DNA of 64,000 nucleotides from contig JAYODI010000006.1 of the NCBI GenBank assembly GCA_038279365.1, forward strand, positions 4,354 to 68,353, given 5' to 3'. Each line of letters starts with the position of its first letter. Positions within the stretch are counted from its first letter, which is position 1. The notes beneath the pieces were generated by a model. The model searched no databases. It was given only the letters and a program-made list of their open reading frames with translations, and was not told the DNA's origin. Position numbers and translations under genes: made by a program. Origin of the DNA: Candidatus Latescibacterota bacterium (GTDB lineage: Bacteria; Latescibacterota; UBA2968). Below, in pieces: positions 10,609 through 19,703 of the stretch.

Positions 10609-11958
10609 CTATATAGCAGAACGCAACCAAACATCCCCTATATACCTGCGCCACAGCATCATAAAACGCCCCACCATCAAACTATTAAGCCCCAACCAAG
10701 CCCCTGTAAGCCCCAGTGAAAAGCCATATACAAAAATAAAAAATGCGGGTAAAAAGACCACAAATGAAGCCACTGCCATGGCCCCAAACAAATAGCGCGT
10801 ATCATTGGCTCCAATAAACACCCCATCCCACACAAAAACTGCGCCATTTATTGGCAAAATAAGCGACACCCACAACCACTGTGCCCCTGCCAAATCGGCC
10901 ACAGCCTGATGATCGGTAAAAGCGTTCACAATTGCATCGAGTCCAAACACATAAATCACTGTATAAACGGCAGATAAGACAACCCCCCATCCCAAACACC
11001 GCTTGGCCGTTTCGCGCCCCAAAACAAAATCTTTTGCCCCCAAAGCATTGCCCACCAAAGTTTCGGCAGCATGTGCGATCCCATCAATGCAATAACTCAC
11101 CAGCGACCACACCTGAAGCAAAACCGCATTGGCCGCCAAAGCCACTTCCCCCATACACGACACTTGGCTGAGCATAAAAAATTGGGCAAAGAGCAAACAA
11201 GCCGTTCGGCCAAACAGATTCAAATTGGTTGCACCCAACAGTCGCAACTTCTCTATATCAAACAATTTATCTGGTCGCTTAAGCAAATAACCGCGATGTT
11301 TCCAAAACAAAATCCCCGCACCATAAAGAACCCCAGATGCCGTCGCCAACACCGTGGCCCACGCCGCACCCACCACACCCAAGGCAGGTGCCCCCCAATG
11401 ACCACTGATCAACATATAATCGGCCACCACATTCACCACATTGACCACCAACGTCAACCACATGGGCGAAACAGCATCGGCAATGCCCCGATAAAACCCC
11501 GTAAGAACAAATGTCAGCAACACCAACGGCGCCCCCAACATCCGCACCGCCAAATATTGCTTGCCCCACATCTGCACATCCTCACTGCCTCCAGCCAACC
11601 AAAATCCCACATCGGCCAAAGGTGCACGAAATATGGCCAATACCAACCCTGCCAAAAGGGCAATCATACCTGCCTGAAACAGCACACCCGTACAATCTTG
11701 ATGCTGCTTGGCACCAAAATACTGCGCCGTTAAAGCCGTGGTCCCCATCCTCAAAAAACCCAATCCCCAGTACAACACATCAAAAATCACACTGCCCACA
11801 GACACCGCGCCCAAAAACGCCACATCGGGCAAATGCCCCACCAAAATGGTATCGACAATCCCAATAAGCGGCACAGACAACGAGGCCACCATGCTCGGCA
11901 AACCCAACCGAAAAATCTGCCGATCCAATATGTTCTCTCGCGCCCCCCAAATGGCCAT
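10609..11958 (-). CDS. MATE family efflux transporter (DinF-like)
   Basis: SVPLIGIVDTILVGHL, FLRMGTTALTAQ, ~12 hydrophobic helices. Confidence 0.93.
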   Translation of the reverse strand: MAIWGARENILDRQIFRLGLPSMVASLSVPLIGIVDTILVGHLPDVAFLGAVSVGSVIFDVLYWGLGFLRMGTTALTAQYFGAKQHQDCTGVLFQAGMIALLAGLVLAIFRAPLADVGFWLAGGSEDVQMWGKQYLAVRMLGAPLVLLTFVLTGFYRGIADAVSPMWLTLVVNVVNVVADYMLISGHWGAPALGVVGAAWATVLATASGVLYGAGILFWKHRGYLLKRPDKLFDIEKLRLLGATNLNLFGRTACLLFAQFFMLSQVSCMGEVALAANAVLLQVWSLVSYCIDGIAHAAETLVGNALGAKDFVLGRETAKRCLGWGVVLSAVYTVIYVFGLDAIVNAFTDHQAVADLAGAQWLWVSLILPINGAVFVWDGVFIGANDTRYLFGAMAVASFVVFLPAFFIFVYGFSLGLTGAWLGLNSLMVGRFMMLWRRYIGDVWLRSAI

Positions 11959-11983
11959 AAGTCAACCCCACCTAAAACCGCAT

Positions 11984-12715
11984 TTAAAAAATGATCGCCG
12001 ACACCCCACCCAACATGACCATGCCCAATGCCACCCACCTAAAAATTTGCGCATTCACCAAAGAACGAAGCCATTTGCCCAAGAAAAACCCACCTACCAA
12101 CCCCGGAAAAGCCGCGCCAGCAAACCGAACCGTATCACCATGAACCAACCCCATATGCCAATGAAAGGGAATACTCAAAAGAGAAACCATTGTAAAATAG
12201 GCAATTAATGTTGCTCGAAAATTTAGATATGGCCATTTTTGCTTAAGCCCAAGCAACACCAAGGGCGGCCCAGATACCCCCGTGCTGGCCGCTAAAGCCC
12301 CACTCAAAAAACCCGTTCCGATACGCGACAAAAAATCATGGGAAAACGGATTCCCGGGGCGAAGTTGCAACAACGCAGCCAAACCGATCATCATGGCCCC
12401 AATGCCCATGCGCATCATCACGGCATCGGCTTGCCCCAATATGTAGGCCCCAAAGGGCAGTGCAAAAAGCGCACTGATCACAAAAGAACCCCAAATCCGA
12501 AAATCGATCAACCGCCACATCAACAGGGTTTGAAGCAAACCCAATGGGATAAACGACATAATCACACCAGGCACAACCACTTGGGGCGAATAAACCAAAA
12601 TCAAGGCCGGCACAGCCAACATATTAAACCCAAACCCCGTAATCCCTTGCAAAGACGCCGCAACCAAAATCACACCACTAATCAACAAAACCGCGTCATA
12701 AGAAAATTCCGCCAC
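11984..12715 (-). CDS. sulfite exporter TauE/SafE family protein
   Basis: QGITGFGFNMLAVP and GALAASTGVSGPPLV repeats; GTG start after AAGGAG. Confidence 0.9.
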   Translation of the reverse strand: MAEFSYDAVLLISGVILVAASLQGITGFGFNMLAVPALILVYSPQVVVPGVIMSFIPLGLLQTLLMWRLIDFRIWGSFVISALFALPFGAYILGQADAVMMRMGIGAMMIGLAALLQLRPGNPFSHDFLSRIGTGFLSGALAASTGVSGPPLVLLGLKQKWPYLNFRATLIAYFTMVSLLSIPFHWHMGLVHGDTVRFAGAAFPGLVGGFFLGKWLRSLVNAQIFRWVALGMVMLGGVSAIIF

Positions 12716-12752
12716 CCAAACTCCTTCCAAGTCTCAAACACTCAACAGATTA

Positions 12753-12854
12753 TAGCTTTCAGCTTTCAGCGGTCGGCTTTCAGCTTTCAGCCCACCCCTC
12801 CTTGCTTTTGGGTTAGGGTTTAAACGGACTGCTGATCGCTGACTGCTGACAGCT
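12753..12854 (-). repeat. dispersed element copy B: inverted heptamer arms around a conserved core
   Basis: minus strand AGCTGTC AGCAGTC AGCGATC AGCAGTC CGT TTAAACCCTAACCCAAAAGCAAGGAGGGGTGG GCTGAAA GCTGAAA GCCGACC GCTGAAA GCTGAAA GCTA. Confidence 0.9.
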
Positions 12855-12859
12855 TCTTT

Positions 12860-13906
12860 TCACCACACGAACGGACGCGACAAAGTCACCACACGCTCTG
12901 CAGGTTCATACCACCCTTGAGGAGCATAATCGCTGGTGTGCATATAACATTGCACCCGCACATCTGCGCTGTGGGGTGTAAATGTCAAATAGCGACTCAT
13001 GGCAAACGTGGTCAAATGTGCGTGATATTTGCTCATGGAGGCACAGTTGATAAATGTTGTGCCACCCCATTTTTTCTCGATGTGCGAACGGCCACCGCGT
13101 GTATCATCAGGATGTGTGTGCGTGTGCCCGCCAAACCATAAGTCAACCGCATTGGGATGGGCCTCTAAAAAAGATTCAAATTTTCCCGTATCTGGCTCTC
13201 CCCCAACCCAATAGAGATAAGATGCTCCAATGGGAGCCCCATCTTCAAAACGACCGTGATACTTGCCTTCCATGCCCTCCCAATCGCCCGAAGCAACCGT
13301 TGTTTCTTTGAGTACATGATGATGCGCTGTAATCACAATCTTATCTTTGTTGGCCAAAACCTGCTCTTTCCACCATTCAAATGTCTCAAGCGAAACCGCC
13401 CCGGCAGGATAACCACCGCGCTCACCTCGCCCAACAGGTGGCCCACCATCGTTGCGATCCCCCATACACAAAAACACCATATTGCCCACTTCAAACTTGT
13501 ATCGTGCCCAATTGCCCTCAACCCGGTATGGCCGTTTCTGCGCATCCACACCCGAAAACGCAGTGTGCTCACCCATCGGATCAACCCACTTTTGAAACCA
13601 CCACTGTGTGGGTTCATTGGGGCCACTGGCATCGTGATTGCCCACAATATTGTAAAAGTGCTCGCGAGGGTGTTTGCTCGAAACCCCATATTGTGCCACC
13701 ACCTCTTCACCCTCTCCATCATCAGGCGGGGTTTGTGACCCAGACAAGTCTCCCACGTCCAACATCACATCCCAATCAAAAGGAGGCCCACCTTCATCCC
13801 CACCATTTTCAGATAACAAAATGGCCTCCGCAAGACTTTTTCGCCCATTGCGTAAATCCGTTCCGACATGAGCGTCTCCGCCCAACCACAATCTAAAACC
13901 TGCCAT
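12860..13906 (-). CDS. calcineurin-like metallophosphoesterase
   Basis: DAHVG, GDLSG, GNHD, HHH, GHTH motifs in canonical order. Confidence 0.9.
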   Translation of the reverse strand: MAGFRLWLGGDAHVGTDLRNGRKSLAEAILLSENGGDEGGPPFDWDVMLDVGDLSGSQTPPDDGEGEEVVAQYGVSSKHPREHFYNIVGNHDASGPNEPTQWWFQKWVDPMGEHTAFSGVDAQKRPYRVEGNWARYKFEVGNMVFLCMGDRNDGGPPVGRGERGGYPAGAVSLETFEWWKEQVLANKDKIVITAHHHVLKETTVASGDWEGMEGKYHGRFEDGAPIGASYLYWVGGEPDTGKFESFLEAHPNAVDLWFGGHTHTHPDDTRGGRSHIEKKWGGTTFINCASMSKYHAHLTTFAMSRYLTFTPHSADVRVQCYMHTSDYAPQGWYEPAERVVTLSRPFVW

Positions 13907-14049
13907 AACAAATCGCCCTTATAGATTGTCCAACAACAAATTACATGCACAACTCAAACCAAACACACATATCCCAAAATAACTTATTATCTCGTGCCCC
14001 AAACCATTGTCACCCATAACCCATCTCCCAATAACGGAGCAACATCCAA

Positions 14050-14102
14050 ACTGATAGCTGATAGCTGATAGCTGAAAGCTGACCGCTGACCGCTGAAAGC
14101 TA
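14050..14102 (-). repeat. heptamer tandem array overlapping the PhyH stop codon
   Basis: plus strand ACTGATA GCTGATA GCTGATA GCTGAAA GCTGACC GCTGACC GCTGAAA GCTA. Confidence 0.9.
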
Positions 14103-14816
14103 CTTATCATTCCCCATATAAACCCGCTTACCCTGCACCAACCATCGCTTCGGTTGCACATCGCCTAATAACTCATCTGCGCTGTGATACCCCACTGTCA
14201 TACTCATGCGTGATTGATCGGTTACATTGTCACCAATGCGATGAAAAATGAGGCTGTCAATGGCCAGCATGCCACCAGCAGGCATCGGCACAGGCACCGC
14301 TTGCGACAACAAACCCGAATGATCAATGGCCCCGTCTGCTTGCAAGTTATGAAGCGTTGTCACTCCTGGCCAAAGATGTGAACCCGGCACCACCAGTGTA
14401 CACCCATTCTCCAAAGTCGTCGCTTCCAAATAAAAAATAACCGTCACCAATCCCCGTGTCCATTGCACCACATCGCGGTGAAATGTATCGGCCTTTCCAG
14501 CCAAGTTCAGTGTTGCGTGGTTATGCCGATTGAGCACCACCTCAATATTCGGGCCCAATAAAGCCGTAAGGGGCTCCAAAACGGCCCTGTCGGACACAGT
14601 CTCGCCAAAGATCGAATCGCGGCTTAAAAGTCGTGACAGGCGCACCACGCGCCCGTCTGTATTGCGCACCACGGGTTCCACAGCGTTGGTCACATTGTTT
14701 AAAATGGCATCCTTTAGCGCCACCACACGATCAGGAGGCAACACATTGGGCAATTTCAAATAGCCATTGTGCCGAAACAACCACACGGCTTCAGGAGACA
14801 ATCCACAAACATCCAT
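14100..14816 (-). CDS. phytanoyl-CoA dioxygenase (PhyH) family protein
   Basis: FRHNGYL, FHRD, ENGCTLVVPGSH, FHRIGDN, RMS. Confidence 0.9.
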   Translation of the reverse strand: MDVCGLSPEAVWLFRHNGYLKLPNVLPPDRVVALKDAILNNVTNAVEPVVRNTDGRVVRLSRLLSRDSIFGETVSDRAVLEPLTALLGPNIEVVLNRHNHATLNLAGKADTFHRDVVQWTRGLVTVIFYLEATTLENGCTLVVPGSHLWPGVTTLHNLQADGAIDHSGLLSQAVPVPMPAGGMLAIDSLIFHRIGDNVTDQSRMSMTVGYHSADELLGDVQPKRWLVQGKRVYMGNDK

Positions 14817-14859
14817 AATCAGCACTCACACAATCAGTTAATAATATTACCTTCAAAAA

Positions 14860-15894
14860 TCACGCAACCCAATTCACATCAAATTGCGCATAAACCAAAC
14901 GCCCATAGGGCCTACCTTCACCACATTCATACAAACACCCAATTTGGCCATCTGCCTGAACCACCAAGTCAGAATAAGCCGCAGGACCTTTGTGCAAAAC
15001 AGACCCACGAGACCAAGATTGCCCCCCATTGACACTCAAACGCACCGTTAAGTTTTCGCGTGCCTCACTGGCTGGGTTGGCAAAAATCAACCGATCATTT
15101 TCCAAAGCAATCACGCTGGCCTGACAAATGGGTTCCACCAATGTCTCTTCCCAGCGAAAATCGCCAAATGTTTGCCCACCATCACGGCTTAATGCCGAAG
15201 CCCGTCTTTTATCCCCCACATAGTTTCGACAATTGATATACACCGTGCCATCTTGAAGCTCTGCCACTTCACACTCATTGGTGCCATTTTGCACACTGCC
15301 CCCCATCTGCCACGTTTTGCCATAATCATCGCTATAAATCACGTGGGAATGATAGGGATCTTTTTTGCGATCAAAATGCACACCAATCATATGATCACAC
15401 GGAATCAACAATCGCCCAGATTGCAACTGAATGCCATGACCGGGCCCTGTTGCATACCACGTCCAAGACGGGTCTTTCACATCTTTTGTAATCTCTATGG
15501 GTTCGGCCCAAGAACGCCCATCATCGTCACTCCATGTAAGCCAAACTGTGCGCGGTGCCTTGCCCTCACAAATGAGCGTCTCTGGACCATCGGCCAAATT
15601 CTTACAAAAAGGCATCCAAATGGTGCCAGTATTGCGATCTACCACCGGGCAGGGGTTGCCACAGGTCATACCCTGTTCGGCCACCACAACCTGCGTATCG
15701 CCCCAAGAAATCCCACCATCTTCACTGCGCTTTATCAGCAAATCGATGGTGCCAGCATCTCCTCCCCCATCTTTACGCCCTTCACAAAATGCCAGCAAAG
15801 TGTCATCTACCGTCTTGACCAATGCAGGAATTCGGTAGGTATGATACCCTTGTTCGCCACCCGTCCAAATGGTTTGTTGTTTTAATACTGGCAT
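14860..15894 (-). CDS. exo-alpha-sialidase (GH33, BNR/Asp-box repeats), no signal peptide
   Basis: YRIP motif, Asp-boxes SEDGGISW, SDDDGRSW, SDDYGKTW, SRDGGQTF, SVNGGQSW, AYSDL. Confidence 0.93.
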   Translation of the reverse strand: MPVLKQQTIWTGGEQGYHTYRIPALVKTVDDTLLAFCEGRKDGGGDAGTIDLLIKRSEDGGISWGDTQVVVAEQGMTCGNPCPVVDRNTGTIWMPFCKNLADGPETLICEGKAPRTVWLTWSDDDGRSWAEPIEITKDVKDPSWTWYATGPGHGIQLQSGRLLIPCDHMIGVHFDRKKDPYHSHVIYSDDYGKTWQMGGSVQNGTNECEVAELQDGTVYINCRNYVGDKRRASALSRDGGQTFGDFRWEETLVEPICQASVIALENDRLIFANPASEARENLTVRLSVNGGQSWSRGSVLHKGPAAYSDLVVQADGQIGCLYECGEGRPYGRLVYAQFDVNWVA

Positions 15895-16053
15895 GCCTTG
15901 CTCCTCAACAAATTCTTGTTAAATACGCTCTTGCAATAAGTTACATGTATTACATGAATTAAAATCGAATGATGTCACTTTTTTACATCCCAAATACCAT
16001 GCATTCCTCAAATGTTTACCAGACAAGGATCGCGTTAATTTTAATACCATCTC

Positions 16054-16082
16054 TTGACAACAACAGGCGATCCCATTACTCT
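16054..16082 (+). promoter_or_regulatory. putative sigma70 promoter
   Basis: TTGACA-N17-TACTCT upstream of the MFS gene. Confidence 0.55.
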
Positions 16083-16113
16083 TAGCATCTTCATATTTCA
16101 CAACAGGAATCCA

Positions 16114-17310
16114 ATGAAAGCACTGCTTCGCAACCCCATCATCTTTCCGGTATATGTCCCCACCTTTCTGCTGTCGTTTTGCAGAGGCCTCATCATTCCC
16201 ATTTTACCGCTGTATGCCAAATCTTTCGATATTTCTTATGCCCTCGTCGGTGTCATTTTGGCAGCAGAAGGCATTGGCAGCATCATTGGCGATTTGCCCA
16301 CCAGCATTGTGCTGAACAAATTGGGCCGTAAAAATGCCATGATATTGGGCGTGCTGTTGGTCGCCTTTTCGGGTGTTGGATTGTTTTTTGCCCCTTCCGT
16401 CATTGCCGTTTTGATCTTACGTCTTATATCTGGCATTGGCGCGTCCATCTGGAACATTTCTCGCCACGCCTACATCACCGATGTCACATCTCCCCATCAG
16501 CGCGGCAGAACGCTGGCTGTATTTGGGGGCGTCAATCGCATTGGCACCTTTGCTGGCCCCGCATTGGGTGGCATTTTGGCCGCAGCCTTTACACTGCGCA
16601 CCCCGTTTCTCGCCTTTGGCTTCATCGCATTGCTGGCAACACTTGTGGCGGCATTGGCCGTCGAGCGCAAGGATGTGCCCGTTGCCATACCAGCCAAAGG
16701 GCACTTACACCACATCGCAGGAATCTTCAAAACACACTATAAAATTTTATGCACAGCAGGCATTGGCCAACTGTGTGCCCAAACCATTCGCAGTGGGCGC
16801 ACCGTGATTGTGCCCCTCTTTGGTGCCGATGTCTTGGGATTGGGCTATGAAGATGTGGGGTATATTGTCAGCATATCGGGTTTTGTTGACATGCTCCTCT
16901 TTCCCGTAGCAGGCATCATCATGGATCGTTTTGGCCGCAAATTTGCCATGATTCCCTGCTTTGCCATTCAAGCCCTTGGCATGGCCCTCATCCCCCTCAC
17001 GGGTGGGTTTGTTGGGCTGCTTGCCGCCACCTGCCTCATTGGTTTTGGCAACGGCCTTGGCTCTGGCACCATGATGACCCTCGGTGCCGATTTGGCTCCA
17101 AAAGAAAACATGGGCGAATTTCTAAGTTTCTGGCGTCTCATTGGCGATGGTGGGCATATGGGTGGCCCCATGATCGTGGGCCAAGTCGCCGATATTGTGG
17201 GCTTGTCTCCTGCCGCTTTTGTTATTGCGGGCGTGGGGCTTACAGCTTCGGCCATCTTCCTCTTTTTTGTGCCTGAAACATTACAAAAAGCCCCTGCGCC
17301 TACTCCCTGA
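16114..17310 (+). CDS. MFS transporter
   Basis: motif A variants LNKLGRK and IMDRFGRK, ~12 TM helices. Confidence 0.93.
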   Translation: MKALLRNPIIFPVYVPTFLLSFCRGLIIPILPLYAKSFDISYALVGVILAAEGIGSIIGDLPTSIVLNKLGRKNAMILGVLLVAFSGVGLFFAPSVIAVLILRLISGIGASIWNISRHAYITDVTSPHQRGRTLAVFGGVNRIGTFAGPALGGILAAAFTLRTPFLAFGFIALLATLVAALAVERKDVPVAIPAKGHLHHIAGIFKTHYKILCTAGIGQLCAQTIRSGRTVIVPLFGADVLGLGYEDVGYIVSISGFVDMLLFPVAGIIMDRFGRKFAMIPCFAIQALGMALIPLTGGFVGLLAATCLIGFGNGLGSGTMMTLGADLAPKENMGEFLSFWRLIGDGGHMGGPMIVGQVADIVGLSPAAFVIAGVGLTASAIFLFFVPETLQKAPAPTP

Positions 17311-17316
17311 GTTTGC

Positions 17317-18105
17317 CTAACTTTTTGCCAAAAAAGCCACAGCATCGGGAAAATGGGCTTCCAAGTGGGCAATCACCTCATCTAGTGGCGCACTGCACCA
17401 CAATGAGGCATATGGAAAATCGCCCGTATCGCGCAATATTTGCCCATTGCGCTCATGAAACCTGCCCGTGCGATCCATAAACTGCCCCCAATGTCCCATA
17501 CCAAACCCAGACCGTGGGCTTTTGTGTGGGTCTTTGTGCCAAACAGGGGGAAACATTTCCTGAAATGGTTTGATCGAATTCATCCAACTGCCACACCCCA
17601 CCGTCACAACCTCAGATCGCCTCTCTTTTGTATCTCGCAATAATTTCAGCAACATAGCCACAAAGTTAACCCGCATTTCACTCAATGGTGATTTGGGCTG
17701 ATACACATTGGCAATATGAATCGCAATGTTGTCATCGTTATCGTCAAATGTCCAACATTCATAAGGACGCCCCTTCGTGGACGGCAAATGGTATTCCTTT
17801 CTCACATGAGGCCACAAATAAGCCAATCCTTCAGTTTCCAACCCATCTGTATCATCGGCATTGGGATAGCGATCATAAATGGCTTTTAACCCTACCAAAT
17901 ACGCGTCCCAAGCAGGGTCTTCATGCCCCCGCCCAGGAACCTTGTTACCACCTTCATAAAAATCGGTGTTGCGATAAATATTCACGCGCCCATTGATGGC
18001 CTCCTGAAAATCTGCCCCCTCAATGGCCATCAACTGCCGCACATACCACAAACTCAGCTTCAAAAAGTGTGTGGCATAATGAATCCGAATATCATTTTGG
18101 CTCAT
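17317..18105 (-). CDS. hypothetical protein (possible GNAT-like C-terminal domain)
   Basis: 262-aa ORF with GAGGAGG RBS; IAIHI...GCGSWMNS pattern. Confidence 0.75.
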   Translation of the reverse strand: MSQNDIRIHYATHFLKLSLWYVRQLMAIEGADFQEAINGRVNIYRNTDFYEGGNKVPGRGHEDPAWDAYLVGLKAIYDRYPNADDTDGLETEGLAYLWPHVRKEYHLPSTKGRPYECWTFDDNDDNIAIHIANVYQPKSPLSEMRVNFVAMLLKLLRDTKERRSEVVTVGCGSWMNSIKPFQEMFPPVWHKDPHKSPRSGFGMGHWGQFMDRTGRFHERNGQILRDTGDFPYASLWCSAPLDEVIAHLEAHFPDAVAFLAKS

Positions 18106-18183
18106 CGGTTACCCTCCTCATTACAAAAAAGATGAAAGACGCGCCAAAATACGACATCCGCAGCTAAGATCAAAGTACAAAGA

Positions 18184-18215
18184 AAAAACGGCGTGATAAA
18201 AACCACGCCGTTTTT
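18184..18215 (-). terminator. flagellin terminator
   Basis: AAAAACGGCGTG/CACGCCGTTTTT hairpin with T tract ~20 nt after the fliC stop. Confidence 0.85.
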
Positions 18216-18236
18216 GAGGGTACTGCCAGCCAATTG

Positions 18237-19430
18237 TTACTGCAACAACGTTAATGCACCTTGCGGAATCACATTGGCTTGCGCCAAAATAGATGTGCCC
18301 GATTGTACTAAAACTTGGGCCTGGGTAAAGGCCGAAACTTCTTCTGCAATATCGGCATCGCGAATAGACGATTCGGAAGCCTGGTTGTTTTCAATAGAGC
18401 TTTCTACCGTTCGCAAGCTATAACTCAACCGATTTTGATAAGCACCCAAATCGCTACGAGTTTTGGCCACATTGGAAATGGCCAAATCAATTGTAGGAAT
18501 GGCCGACTGAGAAGATGCCAGGGAAGACAATGACAAATTGCCCACATTGAGCATTGCCCCAGATGCACGCATATCGTGAATATTCACTTCAAGCCGATCC
18601 GCGGCGGTATCATCAGCCCCCACCTGGAAGGTGCCTCCAGTACCTGCATTGATCACCAAGGTCGTCCCGTCCAAATCACCATCACGATACCCATCGGTTG
18701 CCGGTTTAATGCCTGCAGCCGGTTTTTGCCCCGAAAGCGTCAATTGAATGCCCAAACGATCAAAATTGGCCACAATTGCACTGCCAGTGGCCACCACACC
18801 ACCTGCCCCATCAATATCTAAAGAAGGCCCCAAATCCAGTGTTTGTGTGGCAACCCCATTGCCCAGCGTAATCTGATTATCGGTTGTGCCACTGTCAACA
18901 AACACATAATTCCCCGACTGTGCGCCAGACAGTTGCACATTGGCAACACCAGTTGTGCCCGATGCCAATGCCGTTGACGTGGCCACATTGTTGTCTAAGG
19001 TATTGCCATATCCCGTCAACAACGTGGTGTTGTTATAAGATGTAACCGATGCAATGCGGTCAATTTCATTGTTGAGTTGCACAAACTCGGCATTGATCGC
19101 TTCGCGGTTGTCGTCATTTACCGTAGAAGATGCCGATTGAACGGCCAGCTCACGCATCCGAATCAACATGGCACTCACTTCATTGAGCGCACCTTCAGCA
19201 GTTTGAACCAGATTAATGGCTTGCTCTGTATTGCGTGCACCTTGACGCAAACCACTGATATAACCTCTAAAACCTTCCGACACGCTCAATCCTGCGGCAT
19301 CATCGGCTGCCCGATTGATACGTAACCCGCTCGATAAGCGCTCAATGCGCACCTTCAGGTTCTTATTGTTAATATGCCCGATGCGTTGCACATTCATGCT
19401 CGGGATATTGTGATTGACTCTAAGTGGCAC
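18237..19430 (-). CDS. fliC: flagellin
   Basis: ERLSSGLRINRAADDAAGL, QTAEGAL, RSDLGAYQNRL, SIRDADIAEE, ILAQAN; GTG start after AAGGAGG. Confidence 0.98.
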   Translation of the reverse strand: MPLRVNHNIPSMNVQRIGHINNKNLKVRIERLSSGLRINRAADDAAGLSVSEGFRGYISGLRQGARNTEQAINLVQTAEGALNEVSAMLIRMRELAVQSASSTVNDDNREAINAEFVQLNNEIDRIASVTSYNNTTLLTGYGNTLDNNVATSTALASGTTGVANVQLSGAQSGNYVFVDSGTTDNQITLGNGVATQTLDLGPSLDIDGAGGVVATGSAIVANFDRLGIQLTLSGQKPAAGIKPATDGYRDGDLDGTTLVINAGTGGTFQVGADDTAADRLEVNIHDMRASGAMLNVGNLSLSSLASSQSAIPTIDLAISNVAKTRSDLGAYQNRLSYSLRTVESSIENNQASESSIRDADIAEEVSAFTQAQVLVQSGTSILAQANVIPQGALTLLQ

Positions 19431-19435
19431 CAGTA

Positions 19436-19494
19436 ACCTCCTTGTTCAACTTATCTTGGCATCCTTGCCGTTCAAAAATTGAGGCAATCCATTG
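19436..19494 (-). promoter_or_regulatory. CsrA-type ANGGA sites in the flagellin leader
   Basis: minus strand CAATGGATTG (19494-19485), GGCAAGGATGCC (19469-19458) and SD ACAAGGAGGT. Confidence 0.7.
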
Positions 19495-19571
19495 ATCACC
19501 CACAAACTTAATACTACTTAGTATTCCAAAATCGTTTACTACTGATTGTTTCTAAACAATTTACACCAATA

Positions 19572-19598
19572 TTATCGTCACAGTTTCAAAGTCCTTGA
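19572..19598 (-). promoter_or_regulatory. sigma28 (FliA) promoter of flagellin
   Basis: minus strand TCAAG-N14-GACGATAA, close to the TAAAG/TCAAG...GCCGATAA consensus. Confidence 0.75.
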
Positions 19599-19703
19599 GC
19601 CTTTTTTCATGATCTAAAATCGGCAAAACAAACGAACCAACTTGATTTTAATGGGGGTTTATCTTAAGTTTTCATAACTATTTCTGCTCAAGGAGGAAAT
19701 TAT

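Noticed and set aside
15936-15960. TTACATG repeat as an operator for the sialidase/MFS pair (also at 13941)
   Set aside because: Short AT-rich word, no regulator gene nearby; not distinguishable from chance.
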